Made by a program: the position numbers and the translations under genes
Part shown: positions 1 to 11,720 of the stretch, piece after piece
Layout of the letters: the number at the start of each line of letters is the position of its first letter
How positions within the stretch are numbered: the first letter of the stretch is position 1
NCBI RefSeq assembly: GCF_041956535.1
Contig: NW_027192213.1
Span: 53,111 to 117,110 of the forward strand
Source of the DNA: Calcarisporiella thermophila CBS 279.70
Taxonomy: Eukaryota; Fungi; Calcarisporiellomycota
Direction: 5' to 3'
Length of the DNA stretch: 64,000 nucleotides
The notes under the pieces: model-generated
The model's input: only the letters and a program-made list of their open reading frames with translations
Told to the model about the DNA's origin: nothing
Databases searched by the model: none

Positions 1-1450
1 GCTTCGTGACGTCACATATATATTTTAAACCATTGTGAACAACCCGCAAATCGCCCTAGAAACGCTGCCGCTTACTCTTGGCAATAGAAATTGGTCTCAT
101 AAACTCCAAACATCAAATATATGCCATATTTTCTACATGATTCTAATATTTATTACATCGTTATTTGAGTAAATATTTTGAATATTTTGCATTTTGGAAT
201 AAAAGACGGAGTTATTACCTTTCTTTCCTAGTTCAAACTAACCTAGTAACAAAGACTAGGTGATATAAGCCACAAAACATAAAAATTGTTTTTTGTACGC
301 TTAAGCATAAAAAGGATAAACTTGATCAAACTTATTTATCTTATTTTACATATATTTTATTTTAACTTCTTTTTCTATTATATATAAATAATTATTTAAC
401 TTTAGTTTCAAACTATATGCTCTATTATATATATGATATCCACTTTTCTACCTTTCCTTTCCTATACTTTTATTCTTATCTCCTTTCTTCCTTGGTATGT
501 ATACTCTTTTTTTATTTAGATCTAAATAAAAAGGAGTGTATATACCATTTAGATAATACCTTTAGTCTACTTTTCTAAAAAAAAAGTAGACTAAAGGTAT
601 TACCTAAATGTTTTTGGCGTAGTGGTTACCAAACATTTTTAACAGAATAGGATGGATTCAATTAAGATTCTTTGCTTAAAATTTATATCTTCCTCGATGA
701 ATATATTAAAAAATAAAGACTATATAAATGGATTATGGATGAAAAAAAATTGTATTGCTAGTGTAGCATTCCATAAAGCATGAAATCCTAGCAAAAATGT
801 AAACGAAAATGTATTGTGTATAGCAAAGATGGGCTCTTATAACAAATATTTAGATCATGTATAATAGCTTGTAATCGAGTTAGTAATGTAGAAGGCTCGC
901 CACCTTGATTGCGCGCCACCATGTCTTTGACACACTATATAGATGCTGTTAAATGTAGACCAGCAGTCCGACTTACAGTGGGTGGCCCCGCCGACCGCAG
1001 TCCACTATCCGCTCGCTTCTTCGTAGTTATCCTGAAAGTTTCTCTGCGTATAGAATCGCGGAGTCTGTCCAGTATGACACATGGCATACGGGTTCATTAT
1101 CGGCTTTTCTGATATATTTGTACATCCCCATGCACCACTGATATTGCCATGGGCAGGCGCACAGAATTGCACAGAACTTCTATTTCTGGCACTTACCTCT
1201 GCACACTTTTGAAGCAAAGGAGGCTGCTGGGAAAATGATGAAAAGCGTGCATAAAAAAGGTCAAGAGATTTTATGGTTGACTAAGATAGCACTAGTGTTG
1301 ATAGCACAAAAGACAATATGACAATTGAGCTAATTCAAATGATATCTACCAAATAACTGTGACCTCAGAATTAATTCTCTATATATTAGAGAAGCAAAGT
1401 TTCAGAAGCATCTGCAACCGTTAATATATCTTTAAAAAAAGTGTATATTA
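1..1450. other. AT-rich non-coding or degenerate segment, possibly a decayed repeat or transposon relic
   Basis: Very AT/TpA-rich, stop-riddled in all frames, contains two long palindromes; no recognisable transposase motif, so a TE origin is inference only. Confidence 0.3.
494..610. repeat. Two abutting inverted repeats (palindromes)
   Basis: 494-546: ggtatgtatactctttttttatttaga|tctaaataaaaaggagtgtatatacc (imperfect, centred on AGATCT). 546-610: 29-bp arms catttagataatacctttagtctactttt / aaaagtagactaaaggtattacctaaatg with one mismatch and a 7-nt loop. Confidence 0.9.
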
Positions 1451-1545
1451 GTTAGGATGACGATATCGATTTATATAAACCAAGAGGCAAAAGATTTAAT
1501 CAATACGTTTGTCAAATTTTCCCTTCGCTGCTAATTCATTTTGCT

Positions 1546-4157
1546 ATGAAGGTGGATGAACAATTTGATAAGGATGCCGATGTCGAAATGGAAGACAACC
1601 AAGACACTTCCGATAATCCAGCTGAGCAAATTACTTTGAGTGATCTTGCAATAAAAATTTCGTCGATTAAAGGTACATAAGTAGCTCCACCCAATTATTA
1701 ACTAAATTCCCGCTATTATTTCATCATATTAGGTCTCATAAAATTTTATAAAGAGGAGCTCACACAATCTGATGATCCTAGTGTAAAAGGCTATATTCGA
1801 GATCGTCTATTGAATCGTCAAAAAGAGTTAAGACAGAGTATTCTCCAAAGAAGAGCTCTTGAAGGTATTTTCTTAGATTATATTTATGATAATTTTTCAG
1901 AGTAATTTTCTTATTAACATGTGATGCTTAGCCAAACTTACTTTCCAACAATTGTACAAACCTCCCTTTGAGTTCGTAAAAGAAGCTCTTAACACTGACT
2001 ATATGGATCCTAATTCTGCAGTTGAGCGATTTATCGAATATATGCTATGGTGCCATAGAGAATGGAGGCGGTATAGTATAAGAGTAGTTCCCTTCATATC
2101 GCTAGTGCAGAGTTCAGGTTATGGCAAAACCCGAATGATTTCACAGATCGCCAAAATTGTGCATGTACTATATATTTGCAAGCGAAATCCCGGATCAACT
2201 GGTTTTCCTCCGGCATCCCCTCTGATCGATTGGGTATTCAATCAACTAGAGGTGGGCAGTGAAGATGGCATTCAAATATTTGCAGTGATTATGCTTGCAT
2301 CAGTTGAAGTAATTAAGGAGCAGATGTTGGAGCCTAGCGAGTTTTGGAAGATGCAGATTGAGCAACGAACAAAATGTGAGCAATTTTGGAATCGTATTAA
2401 GAATAAATATGAAAGGTAATATTCAATGCGAATATAATATTCTAAATTTGCTGGCGTTTAAATTGATATATTCAATATGCTTGCATTTTCTATTTATTTA
2501 GCTATTTCAAAGACGAAGCTTCGAAAACCGCTGCAAAAAAGGCAATCTTTGATACTTCCTTTCTGAACAATCATGAATTTGGAACAGGATTTGGGAGTAT
2601 CAAGATTGTTTGTTGTCTTGATGAAGCTCACGAACTCTTTGAGAGAGGAAAGGGGACTGCGCAAATAAACTGTTCTAAGAAGTTTCGTATGTGGCGTCGT
2701 GGCATTTGTTATCTTCGTTGGGAAGGGCTATTCTCTGTGTGCCTAAGTACTAGCATGACTATCAATAATTTCTCTTCAAAATATGAATTGGATTCTTCTG
2801 CGCGCGAAGCAGATTTTACATACTTTCAATCCTTTTTCGATGTGGCGACGACAGATGCACTAGCCAAAAACATGCCAGAAAATCCTACTCCTCATCAGCT
2901 AGCCCTCTATGGCCGCCCACTTTTTGGAGCACTCCTAGCAAACAAATCGAATTTAAAAGATGTAGTTTTATTAGCAAAAGACAAACTAATGGGAACTTCA
3001 GGAGACACAAAACTAACAGCCCTAGCTCAGATCGCCTGTCTTGCAGCAATAAGATTCTCTCCTATGGCTATATTTGCACAGACATTGGTAGCAGATCATA
3101 TGGCCACAGCCCTAGGAATTTCGTCAGATCGAACGGAGGTATTTCTCACATACCCATCAGAGCCATTTCTTGCAGCAGGAGCACTTGCTGGTCTTGATGA
3201 CGATAAGAAATGGGCAGATTCTGTAAATATTTTGGTAGATGCTGTGCACCGAGGAGTTGCTCACGGAGGAGGGTGTGGTGAAATAGCGGTTCGTATCGCA
3301 CTTCTACGTGCTATGCAACTAGCTAGCAAATCGATATTTGGTAACCAGATTTCAGTGGAATTGTTCCTGTCAGCATTGCTCTCAGACGAAAATAAATCCA
3401 TTTCTAAAGTGCAGGATATTGACAAAAGGTAACTCCATAGTTTATGAATAGAAGATGTACCACAATTTTACCTTATCTATTTCTTCTTAGCCAACCGTCT
3501 GTAATAAATAGTATACCTTGCGAATTGGTGAAGGATATAACCACCCTGAGGCAAATACTTGGCTCATTTTGTGAAGCAGAGGTAGCCTTCAATCATTTTC
3601 TTAACATCTACGAGAATCTATTCAAATGTGATGTTGGAGTTGATCTGTTCAAAATCTGCTGGAAGCGAAGAGCGGCCATCGCCCTTTCCAAAAATAGTGA
3701 AGAAATAGATCTTTTGATTCCAGTTCGTTTTCGCGATGGAAGCTATTCATGCATTGCTATTCAGGTGAAAAACCATGAAAGAGACGATCCCAGTTACATG
3801 AAAGACTGTGCCAAAAAGATGGAGTCTAAATTTTCAAGTTGGTTCAATGAGAATACTCCTCAGCAACTCCATCTTTATATTTCACTTCGTTGTAACTCAA
3901 CATTAGTGTGGGGGTATTCATCTTCATCCTCTTCAGAATCTGCCATATACTTGTTTATATCCAATTATAAGTCCTTTTCATTCGGAGTCAATCTAGAGAC
4001 AGCATTGGGCAATTTATGTGAATCCGAAGGAGAAATGTTCCCCAAGGAGGTATACGAAACCAACTACTATGATACAAATGGGAATCCAGCAGGTAAAGAA
4101 ACATTTCCTCGAAAGAATATTTTATATTCATTTTTAAAATTTGCCAACGAAAATTAA
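1546..4157 (+). CDS. Crinkler(CR)-like effector: P-loop NTPase plus PD-(D/E)xK restriction-endonuclease-like domain (multi-exon; 5' end uncertain)
   Basis: Walker A in 'FISLVQSSGYGKTRM', Walker B 'IVCCLDEAHEL' (exon starting ~2502), 'YPSEPFLA', 'GGCGEIAVRIALL', C-terminal 'EIDLLIPV...IAIQVKN'; GT-AG introns at ~1673-1732, 1865-1931, 2416-2501 and ~3429-3490 join the ORF pieces. Confidence 0.7.
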
Positions 4158-4379
4158 AAAAGAATGAAATACTATTTGTCTTTGACATGATTTTATATAT
4201 TGCATATCTTTACTTTGCATATATCAAGTAATATCGGAAGTTGATCATGTATTGCACTATTATGAAAATACAGTATATATCTTGCAGCATTAAACTTCAA
4301 GCTTTTATAATATTCATCTTTTACTTATATTGTACCATCAATATTAAAGATTTGTTTTTTTTTTATTTTGGTGATAATA

Positions 4380-4677
4380 TCACACAGGGAAATGCCGTAT
4401 TCCTAAATGACCCATTAAATAAGGACATTTGGGAATACGATTTTTCTTCTCACAATCTTGCTGGAAATTAGTTAGAGATTTGCTCATAAATGAATCATAT
4501 TTAGATGCATATGCACTCTATAAGTGGTAATGGGATCATCATATTTTAAAGGTAAAAGAAACACTGAAGAGAAATGGCTAAAATCTAAGTTAGACCGGAT
4601 GTCTTCTTCAATAACCTTTCTGCAGTGAGTTAGACACTTGGCCATCTTACATATGAACCCCTATCAACTCACAGCAT
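4380..4677 (-). other. Cryptic spliced micro-ORF or pseudogene fragment
   Basis: ATG CT|GTGAGT...CTAAC-TCACTGCAG intron (4620-4672), then KVIEEDIRSNLDFSHFSS; a weaker second intron (4518-4564); no recognisable homology. Confidence 0.25.
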
Positions 4678-4887
4678 ACTACGAGTTTTAAATTATAAAT
4701 GCTTCATAATGTAGTTCGGATAAAAGGGCAAAAGAGCGGGCTGCAAAGTTAGCATTCAACCTAGATCTTTTCAGGCAAAAAATACGGCATAGCAGAAGAA
4801 AAATAGAATCTATTACTGACATTATTTACACAATCTGTAGCATGGAAATATATAATCAATTTACAAGGATCGAATGAATGGTTGATT

Positions 4888-7172
4888 TTATTGCTGCAAA
4901 ACGCCCATCACATGGAGCCAGTGCTCAGTTTTACCGTGACTTTGGTCTGCCCACCACCCCAAGATCCACCAGTGCTCTTCCTCTTCTAACACTTGCCACC
5001 ACCCATCACTTATTTGTACCTTTACATTTGCAGCTCCCAGACCCATATCCTCCTCTTTCAGATCTGTAGCAACCGGGCTTGGAAAAACACGCTTGGGTAG
5101 AAAGACTTCCGTAGGAAACTTCGAGCCCCCGTACACGACGAGCTTTGCCTCTGGGACTGGAGAAAACGTGAGGGAAAATGAAATAGGACTACCTGATAAT
5201 TTCATAGGATATGCTCGGTGCAGAACCAAAAGATCCCGGGCATTTTCGGTTGACCCATTTGCTCTTTGAAAAACGCTAAAATCCTCATCGTTCCACCAGT
5301 CACCACGCTCCAGTGTGTTTTCGGCGCAATAATTCCATATTGTATAAGACGCCAAGTTGGCATCCATTCCACATAAAACAGCGTCCATAGCACGAGACTG
5401 AGGTGAACTCAACAAAAGCACCTCTGAGTTCTTCGAATCTGTTGTACGAAAAATGGCGAGAGAGAATAGGCAAAAATTAGCTCCAAGAACACTAGGACGG
5501 AGGAGGTAACGAAAATAGGGCACAGTTTACCTTTAAGATCAAATGGTATTCCTACCTCTCCAAAAAGCACAGGGTATTCTCCCAGGCCCTCCACTTTCTT
5601 TATCATATATTCCACCTGCTTAGCAATGCATCCTCGCACTGCGTTCTCTCCCCATCGCAGCGCCTTTAACAGCGTCCTCAATCCCCTCTTATCATCTCCA
5701 AAGTAATCAACAAAATCAATCGTCCAGTTTCGCCATTGTTTCGACATCAGTGACATCACTTCGTAGTAATGTGGAGCATATGCTATCTGTTGAATTTGGG
5801 TTTCCTCTGACGACAGGATAGAGACGGGATCTAGCGTAGGGGCCGTTTGTAAAAATATAATAAGCTGTGGGTCAATTGAGTGAAGTGCATCGACATAGCG
5901 TCGGAGAAATGGGCGGAGACAATCGTTTAGCCAATCCACTGGCGCAGAGGTTTCCGGGTGGCGTGCAAAATAGTCAGGCCGAAGAAGTGTGCGTGTCACT
6001 GGATCCCAGACACCATGTTGCGCCCAGAGACAAGTGCCACGTTTCCACTGAGGCGACTTCTCCCAAGGGGGGAAAGGCGTGTTAGGCCGTCGAGTCCATA
6101 CATCTTCAGAAATATCCCAGGCTGATAAGCCATGCGGGTCAATCGTCACTTTGCTTGTACGTCGGATGAGCATGCTGGGGTTCCATTTCTCCACATGATC
6201 GGTGGTAAAGCCTTGACCGAGGAGCATCGATTGGAATGGCGTGGGCATGAGCCCTGCATTGAGAAGCGTTTTCTTGGGCAACCTGAGATCAGTATGGTTC
6301 ACATATCCTCTCAGTGGCTCGTTGAGCGTATCATATCCCAGGACTACATCTTCCATCCCAGCATCATGAATTCGCTTTGCAAGCACTAAGATGGCATCTA
6401 GAAAGTGACGCTGTAGATATTCCTGTATGTTCACACCGTCCACTATGCATAGAGGAGCATAGATGGATCCAGCAAAGAAGAGAGTGAAAATAGTGCAAGT
6501 TGCAAGACGAACAGCGTTTGTGGTCCAAACCATGGGTAGATATTCCTCGGGTTGCGTTTGGCTCTGTGTTATGGCAGCCTGAGTCGCCTGAAAATTCTCA
6601 GGATTAAAGCCGATTAGAGTAAGAATCCAACCAGGTGCACCAGATCCTCCACAATGACGACTCCACTATATTTGTAAGCCTAATTCAATCGCAAGGCCAC
6701 CTCCTTAGAAACAAAAATACAAGAATATTTTACCATATCCTGGTGCGGGTCTATAAATACCCGCAGTCCGTAGTCCCTAGCCTTTTCAAGCATCTTCACT
6801 ACGTACTCTAAATACTCTTCATCATATACACCGCTAAGACGAACCGAAAATGACTCTTGTTAGTCAGAGCATCAGGGAGTAGAGGTAATCATATACTTAC
6901 GGGGCCTCATGTTCAATTGCTTCCCAACACACACAAAACCTCACTACTCTCCATCCCATGTCCCTTAATCTCTTAAAATGCTCATCGGCTTCCTCAAGCG
7001 GGAATGGCATCCCCACATAGGAGACATGGCGATCATGGTCTTGCCAGGCCTTATCACCGGGTAATGAAGGGAGATCTCGAGGTGACTTACAAGGAAGGTT
7101 TACTCCACGGAGAAGTAGGATTCGTCCAGTAGTGGATTCGATAAACCAACGGCCCGAGGTAGTTATGGTCAT
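4888..7172 (-). CDS. Glycoside hydrolase family 5 (endoglycoceramidase-related / steryl-beta-glucosidase, EGCrP/Egh1-like)
   Basis: N-terminal 'GRILLLRGVNL', 'RFCVCWEAIEH', acid/base 'GYDTLNEP', 'YAPHYY', nucleophile 'LFGEVGIPFD', 'GDWWNDEDFS'; multi-exon. Confidence 0.9.
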
Positions 7173-7709
7173 TAGTAACTCGAGATACAAAATAAAATCA
7201 ACGGTAGAACGAAACTTGCTCCCTGGCTTGATCGGGAAATCAATTTGAATGTTTCCATCTATAATTCTTAATTCTTGTATAAAAGAAGCAACCTTTCAGA
7301 AATAGATCTAGAGCACGCATCCTTTAAACAGTGGAAATCAGGAGGATACATAAAGCAAGTTTGGAATGGTATTAACGTGATTGTCGTCGTTGATAAGTGC
7401 TCGTTCTGTATTCTGTGGTAGGCCTGCAAACCTCGCATCAGGGTTTGACACCTATCACACAAATTAGTAAGACGCTTTCCGAGGTGGGCGTTCGAAGTAT
7501 AAACTGAGCGTGCAAAACCATTCCATGGGTCCACGCGTGAAGCACAACTTAGTAGTGAAGGTACACCAAATAAATATAGTCTTTGTGCACATTGTACAAG
7601 ATATTAGGCCCAAATCTTGATCCTATCCTATCGCCCGCCTCATATAAAGCCAATCCTTTTTTACTTTCGTCGTTTTCCCTCCCCTTATTCTCCTCCCCGC
7701 CAAAAAATC

Positions 7710-7847
7710 ATGGTATACACTTGCGATTTCTGCACCCATAGTTTTGACGACGCAGATCAGCTGCGCTATCACTTGCGTACGATCCACCTGCGAAAGTCGC
7801 CCGTTATTCATCCACAACAGCACGGCTATCAACATTATAATAATTAG
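7710..7847 (+). CDS. 45-aa single C2H2 zinc-finger microprotein
   Basis: MVYTCDFCTHSFDDADQLRYHLRTIH... matches Y-x-C-x2-C-x3-F-x5-L-x2-H-x4-H; ATG context aaaatcATGG; TATAAA at ~7643. Confidence 0.65.
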   Translation: MVYTCDFCTHSFDDADQLRYHLRTIHLRKSPVIHPQQHGYQHYNN

Positions 7848-8327
7848 GCGATTTTCAAGAATTTTATTTTCCAATCTATATAAATAGAATCCTGCTCTCT
7901 AACGAGGAGTAATGCTTAAAGATACCTTATATCATTTATTCATTTGTATTCATTAGATATATATATAATACAGCTCCAGGACAGGGGATGTAGTTTTATT
8001 TTCAATCATTTCAAGAGCTTTTTCATAGATAAATAAATTATAATTTTTGTTAGAGGAACGAGGGGATATGGAATGCAAAGGTTATTTAAGCAATTTTGCT
8101 AATAAATAGGTACATGGAGCAGAATTGACAGCAAGAATAGTTTAACCATCAGAATAAATATTATAGTTTCAACGATAATAAGAATAACAGGAAATAAATA
8201 AAGGTATCAGCCAAAAGCAAGAAAAAAATAAATAATCGGCAACAAAATAAAGTCCCAATTGGCGAGCTTATCGTCTAAAAAATCCAGTGCTACATCCCAT
8301 CACTTCGCGCTTGCACCTTCCCACTCT

Positions 8328-11221
8328 TCAAATTGTCATTTCCTTTTCTCTTCTCGGGCTTCCTTCCAGCTCTATTGCGTGAACTAATGTGTCTTGGTTA
8401 GAATTTTGCGAAATATACGAGATAGGCCATGCATTCACTTCTGTTACCTCCCCTCTTGCTTCCGGCGATGGGGGAGGTTCCAGAAAAGAATTCAACGTAG
8501 ACGCTGATAGCCGCGACGACGTCGATAATCTAGATACAGGCATGAGCAATCCATTAGATTCATTTTTCAGATATTCCTCCTTTAGCGACGAAGGGAAGAG
8601 GGTGGACGCCGGAGTAGCAGTATCGGAGCCTTGAAGTGGCTCAAGACGACGCTTTCGATAGCAGATAACGCAAGCCCGAATGAAGAAAAAGAGAAGGACA
8701 AATACAAGCAGACCTATTACGATGGCAACGGGTATCACTATGCGGCTATTGCTTTGAATCCAGTCAAGAATTGGATCAGCTGATATGATTAAAGAGGTTA
8801 GAGTGTGCCTACTAGAAAATCTGGGAGTACAGTCATCGACTTACGTGGTATATTTCCAATACATTGGCCACGCGTGCAAACTCCTTTGTTTCCACATGGA
8901 GTTCCATCGATAAAATTGCCCGTCAATTGAATACAAGATTTCGCGTCATCTGGGTCAACGCAATACATATCGCAGATATCAGCTTTCCACTGGCATTGTC
9001 GGGTCAGGTTGAGATGCTTGTCACCGCGTATGGCGCACTGTGCATCCCGCGAAGTGCATAGCCCCGAAGCGCATCGTAAATCCATCTTACTTCCGCATTT
9101 TGTACCATCTGGGATACGCTTGTCTTCGGGGCATACAGGGCTTACCCCAGTGCACACCTCGGTCAGGTCGCACTCGGATATTGCTTGTCGGCATATCGAA
9201 CCGGCAGCTTTGGGTTGGCATTTTTCACAACAGCTATGATTTGCGTCGCTACACGCTGCATTTGGTTTAAGCTTACATGTAGCAGCGATACAACAATCAT
9301 CGTCTTGCTCGCCCGGATCACACTCTTCTCCTTCTTCAAGAATACCGTTGCCACAGACTCCAAGAGACTCTATGTGCTTTTTCCCCGGATCTGGAGTGAT
9401 GGAAGTGTGAGGCAATAGTTAGATGCCCTATTTATCATATGCAGGGGAGTTGAACTGGGATATATACCTTGGAGGCAATAGCTAGTTTTCACGAGCGAGG
9501 AGCAGATAGAGCGGATAGAGCATGGGGAGAATTCATCCGTTATAACGTTGCTAGTTGGATTCATCAGATATAAATTTTTGGTATCACATTCTGTAGCTGA
9601 AAGCGGGCAGCAATCGCATTTGTCTTTGTCTTTATCTTTGCAGGAGCATGCCTGTTCAGTGCAATCATGGTTTGCCCCGAATCTACAGCATTTTATAAGT
9701 ATGCAAGAATAGAATCGACAATCGTGAAGATGCTTACGAATGCCCAATTTCATGAGCTACCACTTTCCACTCGTCCCTGGTGACCGTGGATATACCCGTT
9801 CCCGAAACCCAATTCACAGTGTGCTCTTCTACCTGCTTGTAGCTACTAATGCTACACAGTTGCCCAATCCAGGCGAGGCCAAGCCGAGTTCCCGTACTAT
9901 CAATTTAAAAGTCGGTTTTAGTTTGATATTTGATTGAGGCGACAAAGGCCTAGGAGCATTTTTGAGAAGATATCAGTTCTACGTACTTGCATTTGGTCAT
10001 CAAGTGCCATAGCCCTGCACCGTCATCTCCTCTGGTTCCTCTCCACATGCTAAAATCATTAAGCCTACTATTTATCGTGTAATCATCGCTGCATTCCTGG
10101 TTCCATGCAGGGGTCCCACAGGTAGAGCGCAGGTCGATCAGGATAATACCCAAGGATACGTTGAAAGATTTTTCGTATACACCTGACGCGATATTAATGT
10201 TGGTTATGATCTGCCGTTTTGCCTCCGTGACATTGGTATGAGTACGCACATAGGTACAATCTGCCGCCATACCAAGATAGAGAATTTTACGGGATTTTGG
10301 GCAGCCAGTGTTAAGCCCATTGTCAGATGGACTAGGGGGTCTAGGAACTCCAAGGGTAGGAGTTATTTGCCGTTTGTGGTGGTATTTCATGTAACGGGAG
10401 AATGTCTGATCCTGTCTCCAAGCGGTTATATTTACATCTTGTGAATTATGGGGCATTGGTAGCAACTGAGGTGTGGCATGCTGCTGCTTAGTCCCACACT
10501 CCATGACATCCTCTCCTAGGCCTCTCGGTGCAAGATGCATATCACTCGAGCTATAAATAATCATTCGCGTGTCTTTGTGCATCATATCACGTTCTGATGG
10601 GCTATGTACCATCGGATCGTCATCCCGTTTAGTAAGATGGTATTTGCGAGCGCTTCGGATGTGATACATCTCCTCTCCAATCGTAAAAGCACCTTCGAAA
10701 ATCTGCTCCTCTCTATAAAATATATACGTTTAGTTGGAGTCATAGAGATACATCAATTCATAGGTTGTTTGAACTATAGCAATCCCACTCAGAACATACC
10801 CTTCTCTATGGAATACGATCCGTGCCCAACCTCTGTGTCCTTTCCTCTCATTTTCCATCACCGCTCCTGCCTTCTCTCGAATCCAACGCTTATCACTCTG
10901 GTCTTCCTCAATAACCCATCCACGATAAATCCACCAATCCTCTCTCCTCATCGCCTCTGTGCTTTTGTCGCCGTCGTGATAAACCGTGGCGGTGGCTTCC
11001 GCGTGAAAAATTTCGGCATTAGGTTCAAGATGTAAGCGGAATGTTTGTCCGTACGCGTGCACATTAAGGCGTACTCGGTCAAGAGGGTTTAAAGTCCCAG
11101 GCCGAGGGGTATCGAGTGTATGGGTCAGCAATTCGACGCGCTTTAGAGGGGTATCCAGCGCTTGTCCGTGGGGAAGAATGGCAAGCACAAGTAGTAGGAG
11201 AAGCCATCGCCACACGCGCAT
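8328..11221 (-). CDS. ADAM-family zinc metalloprotease (prodomain, reprolysin, disintegrin, Cys-rich, TM)
   Basis: Signal peptide MRVWRWLLLLLVLAILPHGQA; spliced zinc motif 'VAHEIGH...FGANHD'; Met-turn 'YLMNP'; disintegrin 'CGNGILEEGEECDPG'; C-terminal TM 'VAIVIGLLVFVLLFFFI'. Confidence 0.92.
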
Positions 11222-11720
11222 TCTATGAATTAGCTCCACACTCTTCGACGGGGAAATATTAGAGACGACAGGTATCTAAAGGCTATATAGGGTTGGTAGA
11301 ACGGCCGATGCGTGCATGGGATTGAAACCAAGATTATTATTAATGAGGGGAATGTGATGAGAACTTGGCGGAGAGAACTGGAGCAAAAGAACAACGATAT
11401 GCATACTGTGCAATGCCCCACAAAACTCCGTTTGGTCAAAAAGTTTGAAGCCAAGAGTAGACTTCTGAAAGAGGCTCCGGTGTTAGTCACACAATCCCAG
11501 CCGTGCCTGCATCGGTTATTGGAGAAGGAAACCTTAAATGCCCGCCAACCAACGGACGGAATCTGGGATAGCAATACACTTATTCTTTAATATTTTATAA
11601 GCGAAACACTAACATATAAGCCGTACAATTATGAAAACACAAAACCATCCATTCCCAAAAAAAAAAAAAAATAAACATAATATCGAACAAAATGACCAAG
11701 AGTCTCTAAACGAGTAGAAA

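Noticed and set aside
615-665. tRNA A-box-like TGGCGTAGTGG with a degenerate B-box (tRNA or SINE)
   Set aside because: No cloverleaf or acceptor stem, and the B-box match is poor
820-1140. Broken frame 'LDHV...IARHHVFDTLYRCC' reminiscent of a non-LTR retrotransposon zinc-knuckle/REase
   Set aside because: Too degenerate with several stops; cannot be supported without BLASTx
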